NCBI RefSeq assembly: GCF_000150275.1
Contig: NW_002060948.1
Location: 3,980,759 to 4,044,758 of the forward strand
Length of the DNA stretch: 64,000 bases
Origin: Trichoplax adhaerens
Taxonomy: Eukaryota; Animalia; Placozoa
Direction of reading: 5' to 3'
This document shows, in pieces, positions 24,031-43,527 of this stretch (within the stretch, counting starts at the first letter, position 1; each line of letters starts with the position of its first letter). A program made the position numbers and the translations under genes. Under the pieces are notes generated by a model. The model was given only the letters and a program-made list of their open reading frames with translations, did no database searches and had not been told where the DNA came from.

Positions 24031-25525
24031 GTAAGTCAAAGGGAAAAAAAAAATTTTTTTCTAGTCGAAACTATTTCAATTCGTCGTCATTTGCAGTCAA
24101 TTTAGAGCTCATTTCCAGTCGTTGAGATCTTTCCTGTTGTAATGGATGGAAGCTACGTGTGTTGTGGTAGTGTAGATTTTATTAGGCTAAAACATTGAGA
24201 TGGAAAATTAGGACATTTCGCTTACTTGTGTAGATTAGCACTGTGAGAAGAGCGTTTCTACTCTATTGTTGTGCAAATAGGACTTGTACGTGAGCCAGTA
24301 TTCACCAACAGCTGAGCATAATCTTTCCACAGCTCCTACACCGATCCCACGCCATTTTTAGTACATCATTTGCTAATGATTAGCGTAATGGACGATGTAG
24401 TCGCTTACTTTTCTTACAAATGGCCAGTAATGGACGCCATGGACTGTAAATAAATCAATTTTCCTTCATGTTGTCTTTTTTCACTGCACTGCGCTACCGA
24501 AACGGATTCCATGGACTACGTCACGTAGGCATATTGTGTTTCAATGTTTGAATTATCTACTTACTCTATATGGCGAGTATACGTAATACAGTGAGGATTC
24601 TTCAAATGATCTTAGAATAGGACTAAACTGAATTAGTAGCACTAAGTAGTAAAATAGCTTGCATGAACGGTAAGCTGAACCAAGTACAGTAGTCTCTACT
24701 GGAAACGAACTTGTAGTACCATACAATTATCCAATGAAATCTTGGCTAATTCAAAGTACACTTCTACGTCGAATTGGCAGTATAGACTAATAGACGTAAT
24801 TATTATTATTATGCTGTAATAAGTATCATTAATATGATCACTTAACGTACCAATGCAGCAATCCTTATTCATCATGAGTCATACGAGACTTAGAGCAAAC
24901 CGTGAACAGGTGGAACTATAGGTACAAAGCTATTGATGCATTTTGTTGCAGGGTGTAAAACGTCAATTGATAAATCTACACTAAATTACGATGCACGCAA
25001 CTCCCAATGCGATGTCATGGTAATTTTTCATGCGTAATAAATTGGTCCAAACTCATGAGAGCTACTTTCAATCAACTTAAAGTTTTTTGAATAAATTATT
25101 TATTTATAAAATCATCGGTCAATATAGTACATGATTAATAATTTTTACCGTAGAAATAACATAAAATTTGAACTCGACATGACCCGAAAATTTTTGTTGT
25201 AATCGCAAGGACGATCATGTTCTGTAGCGCTAGACAACACTCGATAGGTAGTTTACCTATTAAAATCAAGTGACAGTAATTTACTTTTAATACAGGTCGA
25301 TTCTTAAATTGAACTTTAATATTATTATTTCAGCGACTGACTGTGAATCAAACGTCTTAATGTTTGTTATCGCATAAGTGTATATGTCATATAGGACATA
25401 TATAGAGATAGATAAGAACATGGGAATCTGCAACTTTTTAGACAATTAAAGTAGTATTTTTCTTATGCTGCAGATCTTTGTCCTTTACTGCTGACGTGTC
25501 GATCTTACTCTCTGAATAAACAATC

Positions 25526-28159
<2,634 letters not shown>

Positions 28160-31138
28160 AGTGACTATTTACATTGCGAGCTATTATGTGACGTAAATGG
28201 ACTGAGTTTAGGCTAATCGTTGAGCATTGCTATGCTGTAGACCGAGTAATATGATGTAATAACTATAGGTATAGTTATTCGTTTTTTTAATTACTTTCGT
28301 TATTGTAACCTGTATATGCTCAATGCATGTGGACAGTAACATAGAAATTTACAACTAAATGTTAAATTTGGCTTTTATGATGCTCTATGAATGTTGTTAT
28401 TGAGTGAGAATGGGAATGGTTACAATATCGTTATAGTTGTGATTGGAATACCTCGTTATGTATTCAATATAACTTTATGTATCCCCTAAGAAGATTACAT
28501 CTTTGTAAAACGTTGATCATGCAGTGAAATCATCGCTGTGATCTACTGGTGTGATTTTAACTCAATAAAATTATTGTATGGTATTTGTGTGTACCGTAAG
28601 CCGCTGGTTTGTCACTGTTCTTACTATTGTAAATACAGTCGTTTTATTCGTCTTAATTGATAATCACGATTAGAGTTCACGATCTTAAATTGTGTTGCAC
28701 TGTGCCTCAGATGACTTATACGTTACGATTTGTCTGTTATAAGGATGGGACTCGAAAGTTGCAGTGGCGATTTCCTTGTAATGTTACTTAAAATTGCGAT
28801 ATTACATTAGAAATGGATGTTTTGTAGAAAGGATATCGTAGCAAAATACTTTTCAACATGACCGTCACTGGTCATCACTTTAGACTCTATTATATATGTT
28901 GATCTCGTCGATGAAATAACATGACAGCAATATCAGTAAGCCTCCAATCCAGCGTGCATGCAAGCTGGACCATTTCTTGTTAGCTCTAATATTTAAACAG
29001 GCATACTATATATTGTTCATGCTCTAGAAGATTAATGTTAGATAGTAGAAAGTGCAGTAAATAAACTCTACCGTATATACGAAGTATTCTAAGTACTAAA
29101 GCGGTACATGGTTGCATACGCGAGATTCATTTTGGTAGTCAATTTTCAAGTTACGACGCTGACAATACAAACGCAGATTTGAAAAGGAGTTTTGAGTTCG
29201 TATTACATATAAGAATATCCTTTTATTTCTACTTCAGTAAGTACAGTACATACATTACTGTAGCATTTGATGCGATACACTATATTCTTAGATCCTGATG
29301 ATGCTGTTGAAGTATATCGTAGAAGAGCAACAGTTGGATGCATATGGATCGCCAAGTTTTCATAGTACTGTACAAGGCATGATTGCAAAAGTATAGATAA
29401 ATTGCCATATTTCAAAATATGATGAAAGTTCTGTTTTATGCATCAAAAATGTAATAGTCTACGATCATACTTTATAATGTATTTCGTCTTCAATACAAAA
29501 CGACTTAGTTTGGATATAGAAAACCAACATCAATCTGGCTGGAAATAATGACAGTTCTCATCCAACAATACGCATGCACGCTAGCAATCTTCTCGAATTC
29601 ATAATTAATTCATAAAGCAGCGGCAGCGGCTAAATTGCATCAGCCATCAATGAAAGTAAGTGCAGAGTTGATAGTAGGTTAAACTATGCGATAGTGTCTG
29701 ATTTAATATTCTTACAACATAAGGATAAATCTATTCGGTAAGCTATTAAATAGGCAAGCATATTGCAGGCTTGAAATTAGATTCTATCGTTGATAGAGAG
29801 AGTAAAGACTTGAACCAAGTTTGCATGATTTGACATTTTGCTTCCATGACTTTCTTATCAATTTCATGAGCTTTACAAATTAGAGCATCAATTACAATCA
29901 AGGTTTAGTCTATCCTTATGGTATATCTGATATCCTTCAACGTAGTGCTAGTTTTATTTTATCAGTGTTAAAACTGTTAACGCAAAATAGAGTACGAGTA
30001 GACATGGATAGAAAGTCTTGGTAGATCATCAGCCGGTCGATAAGCTACTTTCCATAATCATCAAGTTTATCGATCATCTATCAGCATAGCTAGAAAATAG
30101 AGTAGGATCGAGTGATCGTAGCGCAAAGAAAGCTGGAATGGCTTGAACTGTTAGTGTTGGTAAATAACAATTTAGGACGATATTCTCGATTTCTTGTCTA
30201 TCGTTGATAGATTTGTACTCTACCGCATTAGTATGAAATACTCTACCAGCTTTGGATATAAGGTACAGATTAAGTATGTAAAAGTTCTTGATGGACATAT
30301 TTAAGTATGGCTGGAAAGTAAATCGAAAAGTAATCGGCGGAGATGGATAGAGAGATTGCTCTAAGCTCATCATTTTATACTGTACCTTGGCTAAAATTCA
30401 ATAATTGTAATTGATAGATAGCCTAAAGTCATTATTGATATGCTTTAAAGCCTAACTTTCTCTGAAGTTGTGATATTTGTACATTTGATCGCCGCTTGGC
30501 ACGATATTCTTGTCTACGCAACAGTTATAAATCTCTTTTAGGTAAGAAAGGTTATTCGTTCTCAAGATGTCTAGCTCCATCTCAGATTTTCGGTTCTACC
30601 AGTAGCAATGTTATAACTATAGTAATTCTACAAGAACTAACTACCACTTTTGGGTATACTAGTCAGAACTTTTATTACTCACATAACAATATCCTCCTGT
30701 GTAAATCACACATATACCTAGTTTCATATTCATTAAAAGTTATATTAAGAAAATAGGTTAGAACTACAGTAGTTGTCCAATGAGTGTAAAGGGTGGCTAC
30801 TCATGCAAAATATTGCAGTAGGACTTGTCTTAACTCTACTCTATTTCTCTATATTACTTTTACATTGCGTTATGAAATCGATAGTCAAGTTTGCGGTCAC
30901 TGTCGATTTCGTACTCAGTGATATTTAAAGTCGACAAGCGTTAGTATTTTCGTTGTTTCTACCTATACGAAACCTTAAAATCCGTAGATATAATCCTTGA
31001 TTGATCAGGCTGTACATAATTATTGCTTCATGTTATAGCAATCGTCAGCTAACGATGAATTAATCGCTCAATTGTAATTTTCGTTGTTATATTGATGCGT
31101 TCCGTCTACTCTGCAGTTTAGGTTCTACTGGCTACTAA

Positions 31139-33524
<2,386 letters not shown>

Positions 33525-35279
33525 TCAACTTTACTCTATCCAATAGAGTGCAATACTAGTAGCTAATATAGCCATTCATATTGTATGTTTTGGGTATAGT
33601 TTAAATTTCGAAAACATTTCATTTATTAATTTTAACGATATATTCAGTTATTAAAGTTAGATAACTTTAAGATATATCTCATATATCCATGTAACGAGAA
33701 ATGAGATTGTAATACAGTGACCATATCTTAATTGCTTAATTAAAGCCTTCTCAACTAGGCACTTGATATGTATACCATATCGGTATTATCAATATTCTAA
33801 TTTTTTAGTTATAATGAAGTTGGTTAAAATTGGGAGATAAGTATGGGCTAAATCATGGTATACTGTAAGCATGAAAATCTGCTAATGTTGTTATTCCACG
33901 GCTAAAAATGTCTTCTACATAATCTAGTAAAAAAATGCTGCTTAATATTGTTTTGATAAAACTACGAAGGCTAGGTCGATATTATATTTCTCATGAATAC
34001 TCTATAGCTGCTGTAGAGGAGTGTGAGTGTGTTTCTAGATGGAAGATATGAATTATACAGTATATATATAAATTGTAAGTCTCTTACGCAGTTCACCAAA
34101 GAACTTGGACTTCTAATTTATACAATAAAAATCAAATGAAATAACTCTAAAGAACTAACGGTAAAGAAATTTTTATCTACTTTGAATTGCATGTTAAAAT
34201 ATATCGGTCGGATATCATGAGGAGTTGCGATTGGTAGAATTTTACTCATCGTATATACCTTTAGAGCTTTTCTATTTCCTATATGCATAGTAGGATGATA
34301 TCTAAAAGTACTACTAGATAGAAACGCCCGAAATGTCAATATCTTAATTCAAATTTGATCCGAAAAATTTTCTTCTAATGAGGATTCGATCCCAAGGGAA
34401 GGTATAGGTGTGATGAAAGATTGGTGCTAGCAAACGTGGTTTCATTCAAGTTTTCGCTATTAATAATGTTAGATGCTGCTATAAGATACAAATATTAATC
34501 TGTAGTTTATCCCGTCTGTGCAGACTGCTGAGTTACCTCAAATTGTAGGCAAATTAGATGCTGAATCAGATATTCAACTTACAAACTCTTTTAAGCAAAG
34601 ACTTAGGATTCATAACGTTTATATCTCATCCCTAATGTTTATGAATCATATAAATTATAGCTATTTTTACGAATTTCTAACTGTTTAACCTAGTATTTCA
34701 ATCGTTTTACATACCTTACCTAAGCAGCAAAGACATGATGTAATGAAAGGAATGAACTGAATCGTCGATCTATCATTTCTTAAATTAAAATTGCTTGGTT
34801 ACTTCCAACATACTCGTATCTGTATATCAATAAATGTCGTAATCGGATATTGAATATATAGACTATGTACTAAAGTAGTCAGGCATACGGAATAGACTAC
34901 TGAATTGCCATAACTTGTAGACAAGTTACTAATCTCACCAAAGATAAATGAATAGATTCTTATCCGTGAAACTTCAAACATGGGCATAACATAGATATTG
35001 TCATGGTACAATTGCTTCTATTCATTCGCATCCCTAGCTATTTAATGAAGTATTTTAACCTATACTACATATTCTGACAGATAGGACAGGTTCACCAAAT
35101 GAATGAATACAGTGTACAGCATATAATTATAATATTTACATCTCTATAATTGAAGCATGCTATATTTTCATAATCGAATTGTCTTTTCTCAAACTACAAT
35201 TTTTGCAGAGTTAACTATCTAACGCCCTGAATATTGAAAGGCATCGCAACATTTTTGCATGTATATCACTAATTTCTTA

Positions 35280-36030
35280 TATATTGTGCGTGCATATTAC
35301 ATATATGCATAGACAGGACGATATAGAGGAATAAACTGCTGAATTGCCTCAAATTACTAGTAAATTAGAATTTGCATCAGATGTTTCAATATACGTATGC
35401 AGATATTTTAACATGAGGAGAATAAACGGTTATATCCTATACATATTACCTTAAATGGATAAAATTATATTTATTTATACTAAATTTCTTATATAATATT
35501 ATATAAATGCATAAACAAGGTCGTCTAGCTCAATAGACTACTAAATTGCCTCCAATTACTAGCAAATTAGAATTTGTATCAGATATTTCAATTTACAGAT
35601 ATTTAACATGAGATGAATAAACGGTTATATCCTATACCGGTACATGTTACCCTAATAGACAAAATTATATTTATATCAAAATTCTTATATAACATATATA
35701 ACATAGATGGGGTTGTATAGGTCAATAGACTACTAAATTGCCTCAAATTACTAGTAAATTTAGAATTTGCATCAGATATTTCCATATGCAGATGCTTTAA
35801 CATGAGTATATTACCCTAAATGGACAAAATTAAATTTATACTTAATTTTCTTATATAAAATATACGCGTATATGCATCAACAGGGTTGTTTAGGTCAATA
35901 GACTATTGAATTGCCTCAAATTACTTGTAAATTATAATCTGCAGATGTTTCAATATACAGATATTTTAATATGAGGAAAACAAATGTTCGTCTTCCGTGC
36001 ATACTACCCTCACTGGAAAAATTATATTTA
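35280..36030. repeat. Degenerate ~175-200-bp tandem repeat, 4 copies
   Basis: AATTGCCTC(A/C)AATTACT...AAATTA near 35345, 35547, 35738 and 35911; related fragment near 34535. Confidence 0.8.
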
Positions 36031-37334
36031 TCATCCGTTCTAGTCCTATCTAGGCTGTAAACATACATTAATCAATAGAATGCAGTCCCAGTCTAGGGAT
36101 TATTTTTAACATCGAATAGTCATTTCCTAGACCAGAATTGCGTCATACAATAAAAGTATTACGTATTAAGCGCATATTGAAAAAACTAGTCTGCTACTGT
36201 AAAAATCATCGGACCCCATGTGATCTTGAATACTAATCCAGCTATTATTTTTCAAGGCGACAGAAACCATAGGATGCAGGAATGTCATGAACAACCTCAT
36301 CATCTAGCTATTCTAATACGCTATTAGGTAATTGATATCAATAACCAATCAAGTTCTTGGCCTAGCTGTAAATTATCATAATAATAGTAAATAGAATGGA
36401 AGATAAACTATTGACATGCTATTCTCTATCTAGCAAATCATGCACATCTACGTTAATAGCCCAATTAGATGGCATTAAGGAGGAGAATGAATAGTTTAGC
36501 AAAATTTCATATTGAATTTATTCAACGCAAACTTGACATGAGAAATTTTCCTCTATTCATCATCGGCTTAGTTCATGGCGGTGTAGCCATAGCAACAGTG
36601 ATGTCAGTTGTTGTTGCTGTGGTATTTTTTGTCTTGGTTGGAACTAATAGACACGAGAAGAATATTGTTGACATATTCCATTCTTATCTATATTCAATAT
36701 TATGGAAAAAGGCCATGGTAGCAAGTATATTGGGCTATTTTTATACACATTAGATCGGAATAACAAAGAATAGGCCTTGCCTAGTTGACATCACAGCATC
36801 TTTTCAACAAGTCATCACTCGGTAAGACGAAAAAAGTAAGACAGAATATCGATCCAGACTGCTAGCCACTCAATTTAATAGCTGATTTAATTTTGATATT
36901 GGACAGGATATACTGTTATAATTTGGCTAACTAATTATTTTGAACTTCAATTCTGTGCTATTTGGACATCTATAAACTATTCCTAACTTGAAAAGATTGA
37001 TTTTAATATCGCATTATTATAAAAATTCCATCAACGTCGACAACGCAACATTTTATTGTACACTTCGCGGGATTATAATAACTCTATAACGCCAAGATAA
37101 AAAGAAAATCAGATAGGGTGATAGTGTGAAAAAATAGACGATTTTATCCCTCAAAACACTTTTCCTTCTATCAAAAATATCCAATTACTTGTTTTTTATT
37201 GGTTATTATCAATACATCAAGAACATGAAACAGCTAGTACATGAATAAGTAGATCTAAGTTACATAGTTGATCTAATATCTTCGCTAAAGATATAGACAG
37301 AAAAAACAAGACTTCTACTCAGTATTAACTGATC

Positions 37335-40300
37335 ATGGGTAGAATGGCTGATGCAGAGTAAGATATACATAGCTTATAAACATCGATCAATAATTTAGTC
37401 ATTATAAGCTAGTTGAATTAAATTAATCACTAGCATTAGGATATTAAAAAGGAGTCATAGCCTCGAATATTTCTCAGAATCTGTATTCGGCGTCTATTTT
37501 ATTCTTTTTAGATCTATTATAAGTGTAACTAGTTCCGGCTCTTATGGCATGGGCGGCTCTAGTAAGTCCGACACCAGCACTGGTAAAACTTTAATGGTTG
37601 CCACTGCTGAAGATAATTTAAATTCTCCAGATAAAGCTAAAAATGCCAACACGAGTGGCTATCTACCGGAGGTAAGATTTAAAGTCAGGTGTAGCTCGAA
37701 TAGTTTTTGTTCCTTCGTCTTGGAGCACTTTGGCTCTATTTTGATTTGATTCCAATCCATCATAGCTAGATACCTAGGCAATGAATCATTTTTATGTTGA
37801 TTAAAAGTGGTCATCAATTGCCTAGATATAATTTTCTGTAGCCTTTTCCATCGCCTCCATCAATTCTGATAGGATCATTGTTTTGCCAACGCTAATTCTC
37901 TGGTCAATTTCGACTTATTTCATCATCTCGATTTTTTCTCCTTCCCCTCATAATTTTCTCATCGACGCCTTTTGATACACTTAGCGTTAATCTTTCGAAT
38001 ATCATTCAATACAAGTGATCCATTTTTAATTAATTTCATGTACTTCTATTACTTCTATTCACAGAAGGTTAAAAGAAAGAAGTGTGCAAACACTGTAGAT
38101 AGTAAATGCCGAATTTTGATCTTAACTTGGCCAATTAGATTAATTTCAGATGCACAGGACTAAACTAATCCTATCCCGTAATATATAAGGCACTTAAACT
38201 AGTCTATACATTAAGATTATCCTCTGATTATGCGATAAGAAATTGACTGAAGATTAAAATAGCAATTAGAACATTATACCATCTATATCTTTATTTTATC
38301 CTCTCGACCTTTCCACCATTTTATACGTATAAAGTGGCTTGAAATTATAAAATAAACAATCTCATCTCGAGATTAAAAAATGCGCTAATACCGCACTAGT
38401 TTTGTTCCCATTACTATTCATCGAGATCATCTAAGCCTAGAAAAAAATGTTTCAGAATAGCTTAAATTCTTTATCTTGGGATTTAATTAACGCGTAAAAA
38501 TCCGCAATTACTTTTTTAGTCAATTTATACCTTTACTTCGATTGTTGAGAAGCACTAGAGTAAATTGTGACCTAGACAGTGTTGAAGTGGAATATTGTGA
38601 TTATAAATAATGATCAGGGTAATTTAAATTTACCATCATTAACCATAAGTAAACTATTAAAACACTAAATACTTGTTATACTGTAGATACATCTTGAAGT
38701 AGAAAGTTTTTTAACAAAGATCTTCATATTAAGTCAGTAGTTTAAGTTTTTAGCCCTAAATTTTATCGGAAATCATAGATTGAGTCTTGTAGTTTATACC
38801 TGTAAATCGTATTAATAGATTATAGCATTCTCCTGTAATATCCATATCTACTTTAATTAGCTTATTGATTATCAATTCTAACGTGGCTGATGCTTCAATT
38901 TTCAACTTAGATTACCCTTTAAAATTCGCGATAATTAATTTCGTTTAGCTATTATATAAGACTGCTATTAAGAATATTATTCCATAAATGACTACTATCC
39001 ACGGGTAGCACCATTAGGATCAATTGCGATGATAACAACTTATTACACTCCCTATTTAAAAGTCTACTTATGCGGCCGTGATTGCTTAAAAGAGCAAATT
39101 GATCAATGATGAAGGACTCTAAATTAGCATTAGTCTTCAGAAAGATCGACTACGGTTAACAGAAATAGAATATTTTAAGATAGGAGGCAGATGAAATTGG
39201 ATAGCTTTCATTGATCTTGATTATTTCTATACCACTTTAGCTACCTTCAGATCGTTTTTCACAAACAAATTGGAATGATTTAAGACGAGCAGTTGTAACA
39301 GGAGATAGACTTCGAGCACCACGTGTTAGAAGAGGTAAGAGATTGACGGATTAATATATGGAATGAACCAAATGCTAATTATCCTATCCATGATATTTTT
39401 AATTAATGATTTTATTCTAATCAACAGCTCCAGATCCTCGTGATCGTCAGCGTAAACCAACACCAATGGAAGCATTAGAACCTATTACCACTATTAAAAC
39501 TCCATCTAGGAAAAATCCTAAAATAAAACGTTACGATTATCGAAATAGTTTAGAAAATTGGGAAAATGTCACAGTAAGTTATTTTCGTAAATAGAATAGC
39601 ATAAATTTACTTTTGATAGAATCTTGCAGTTATTTATTCCCATTAGAAAGTATACTAAATCCATTTTCTCTTGTTCTTTCCTAGCATGTCAACTTATCAT
39701 TTCAAGATTTAGGCCATGGCTATCAACGCGAAAATTTCACGCGGATATTACATCGATTATTAAGAACTCAACACTTACAACTTATGGATAACTCATTAGA
39801 TGATTTAAGCAAAGTATCATTACCAGGGTAAGTAACTCTATTTCATCTTATTTGATTTTCCACTTGGTTTATTAGCTATATAAGAAGGATGTCTACGCTA
39901 CAACAATGAGAATCGAATTTTTGAATATTCAGTTATACTATTATTAACTTCAAGTATCATCGCATAGTTTTATTCAAGAGGCTTGTAGTAGAAGATTGAT
40001 TGTCTTCAACATTAGTTTACATTTCCCTAGAGTAACCATGTAACTGATTCATTATTTCATCTAGTATACTGTATCAAAATAGCAATCCTATTAAGAGCTT
40101 GATTTGAGGAGTGTATTCTAATGAATTACGACATTCAAGGTTGATGGATATATTCTACAAATGAATCAATGAAACTCATTTATAGAAACTTTTGCTTTAA
40201 ATTAATATCCATTCTGTATCATAACTGAAAATTGAAAATGCACATATAAGAAATTGAGATTTATTTGGCTTTATCCAATATTAAAACTAATAGTTACTTA

Positions 40301-41027
40301 TTAAATGTCTATGTAGAATAATATAAGAAAGATTAATCTATTTCATCAAGATAATTAATTAACCGTTTTTCATTGCAGGTGTACTCATTTATGGGTTCAA
40401 AGGAATTTCTTAGATAGCTTTAAAGTAAGTCTTTCGATTCGATATATCCAATACAGCATAAAAAACAAGCTGCTATCATTTTCAATAGTTATGATCGCAA
40501 TTACAGTGTTCATGATTGAGAATTAACGTGAATTATTATTTTATTCTATATTAGAAATTACCCAAAATTCCCAATATTAAATTTCTTCAATTATCAGAAA
40601 ATGGTATTGAATCGTTAAGTGGATTACGTAAAGTAATAGGTAAATCATCAATAGAATATTTGGTATTAAAAGGAAATCCGGTGGAATTACAAGAAAATTA
40701 TCGAATTGAGTAAGTCAGGATAGGATTGAAATAGTTACAGATAGAGTCTATACAGGGTTCGATTTTTTAATATACCAGAGTCATCAAAACAATTTATTAG
40801 ATCATATACTACAGTTCTATGACGACACTAATAGTTTAATCGATTGATAGTGAGCTAGGGAGTAAATAATTTCACTTCTAATCCAATCTACTTCATTTAA
40901 TTACAGGGTATTTCAAGCTATACCAAGCCTAAAAATCTTAGATGGTATACCTAAATTACCTAGCGATGAACCTCTTGATCCAAATGCAACCAATAATGGT
41001 CAATCAACTGCTTGTATTATATCATAG
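37335..41027 (+). CDS. Uncharacterised leucine-rich-repeat protein with LRRcap and C-terminal CaaX (CIIS)
   Basis: Exons 37335-37357, 37512-37671, 39241-39334, 39428-39573, 39685-39827, 40379-40424, 40555-40709, 40907-41027 join in frame. LRRs [27 protein letters not shown] and YLVLKGNPV; cap [18 protein letters not shown]; ends TACIIS*. The 5' exons are less certain. Confidence 0.82.
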
Positions 41028-43527
41028 CATCCGGGTTAATACTTAATTATTAGCTAATCTATTAAGAGTTATTACAATTTTTGTCTAATTGGTACAACAA
41101 CGACAATCAGTTATGGTATTCACTATAGCTGAGATACAACTTGAAATCCATGATTTCTCTAAATTTCAACATAACAGACAACTATGGTTAATATACATAG
41201 GAATATCATACTAAATAAAACGACGATATGCTCATGACTATTCATGAAGCGGTAATAATATCCTATCTTGACTATAATAATGATCAGTATCATTATTTAT
41301 TAGTATAGATTATGAAGTAGACTGGGTAGTTTGTCATTACTTCTGATATGATCATGTCAAGTGGAATACTTTCGTATTCTATATTTTCCTTTTAATTTGA
41401 AATACTATAATGATCAACGCTCTTATGCTACCCTCTGTCATTTTCCATCATCGTTTTTTAACTGTTTTTATAATTATTATGGCTATCGACGCACAGAATA
41501 CCTATGCCATGTATCGGACGTCGAGCAATATATAGGATTCAAATGTATTTATACTATGATAGTAGTATAATTTAATTTTGTATTAATATTGCTTGAAAGT
41601 AAAGAAAATATTCTAGACAATTAGTTCTGTCAACTTTATCTCGCTGTCATGATTGTTTGCAACTGCAATCTTGTATGGAATATTGAGAGACGGAATATGA
41701 TTTATTGATTAAAATTTGATGGTATCAATTGATGCAATATGATTAATGTAAGATGAATCATATCATTTGTGGATCGAAGATAAAGGATAGCCATAACGTT
41801 AACATTTGCTCGTACTGCTCACCATTAATCATATGCAATTGATCATTAACCACAAGAATAGATAGTTTAACTTGTATTTTGGACTATCATGTATTACAGT
41901 GACGATGATATGGATATAAAATATAATCCATGTATGATCAGAAAAAATTTTTGACTTGATGGTGACCAATTTTAAAATGTCACCTTGTATGTGATTTTTT
42001 TAACTTTTGCCTCTTGCTGGTTATTGTTGATATCATCATGTATCAATTGATTTTGTTTTGTACTATTTCTATTTATGTAGTCAAATTGGATTTAGCTTTT
42101 ATCTTAAATACCGTAAAGATGAGTTATTAATTTCCACTATTTATAGACTAATGGTGAACAATTATTAGTTATCAAATCTATCATAGAAGGATCCTCTGAG
42201 GTTTAGATATATAATGACAATACAGAGATTTTTTTTGGTGTGTAGAAATGAAATTGGAATTTTATTTGGACAAATCTCTTCAACATAATGTAGAGAGATG
42301 AACTGACTTTCGATATCATTTTGTTATGATCATTTTTATTACATGATATTAAAACCTGCAAGTATTCTCAGCCTCAAGCAAATAATAAAGGTTCTATTAA
42401 AATATGAGATGTAGAGTATTTATAAGATATTGGTATTCAATTTTGAGCTAAAAAACTTAAAAATAAGCATAAAGTAAATCACTGTTATAAATCCCTAAAA
42501 TAGAATAAGATGTAATTATTTTAAACAGCTAATTGGTTTAACCTGCCGTCAAAGTAATTCTCAAAAATTGGAATATAGTCGTCCTATTTCCAAATTGAAA
42601 GTATGGCTAACGGTAAATCATGGTTATCTAGTAAATAGTGAAAGATGAAAATCATGATACCGAAGCGAAATTTAGGAGTTAAAATGATCATGCATTGTCT
42701 CGATCTTTCTGGCAGAATAGATATTCCATATGGTCATTTCAAATCGTTTCAGAAAAGATATTGGAATCGTTTTTCGTTTTCGAAAGGACCTTTCCCTTCG
42801 GTTATTTCTATAGCACACGATTCTGCCTTACATTATAGACTGCAGTCTAAAATGATACATTAACATACTTCACTTTTCTTCCACAATGATACTAGTAATA
42901 GTAACTATAATTATATCAGAAACTTGAAGCCTAATTTGTTACTTACCAACTCAGAACATGTTAGAATTTAAAGGGAAATTACACAGTTGAAACCAAAATA
43001 TTTCATAGACAACATTTTAATAACTTGCAGATTATTATGCGTATTAGACCATTAAATGATTAGCTTCATATATAAATAGTATCGGAGACTTCTTAGAAGT
43101 CCTCGATAGTACTATGTACCACATACAAAATACTCATCAGAAAACGTCGTTAATTATATCGATATTAGACTTAAGAGACAGAAACGCATCACTAATATCA
43201 GTTGCTACACTAATGCAATATTTTAGTCTAGCACAATATTCTTCGTTAATAAGGTCTCAATAACATTGAACAATATTCATTTACTGTTATAGTAGCAGTC
43301 GATATATTCATTGTTCATTTACTGTTATATAAATAGCCCATTATGCAAAATAATTATATCATTACTTAATGTACTAGCAAAGGATAAATATAGCATGTTG
43401 CCATCGGATCGGGCAGACGCATTATTTTAAAAACTCCCAAAAAAGTTATCATGAAAGGAGGCAGCGATGTAATTAGGTTCAATTTATTGCCCACAAATTG
43501 AAGATTGAAAAGTATGAAGAGTAGTAT

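Noticed and set aside
29740-30373. Minus-strand open frames (99-aa ORF 30074-30373 and a ~50-codon frame near 29750-29900)
   Set aside because: No recognisable family, and they could not be joined by compatible splice sites; a decayed or orphan gene cannot be excluded without RNA-seq
36469-36753. 94-aa ORF with a hydrophobic stretch
   Set aside because: The hydrophobicity comes from GTT-rich low-complexity sequence; no homology recognised and no supporting gene structure
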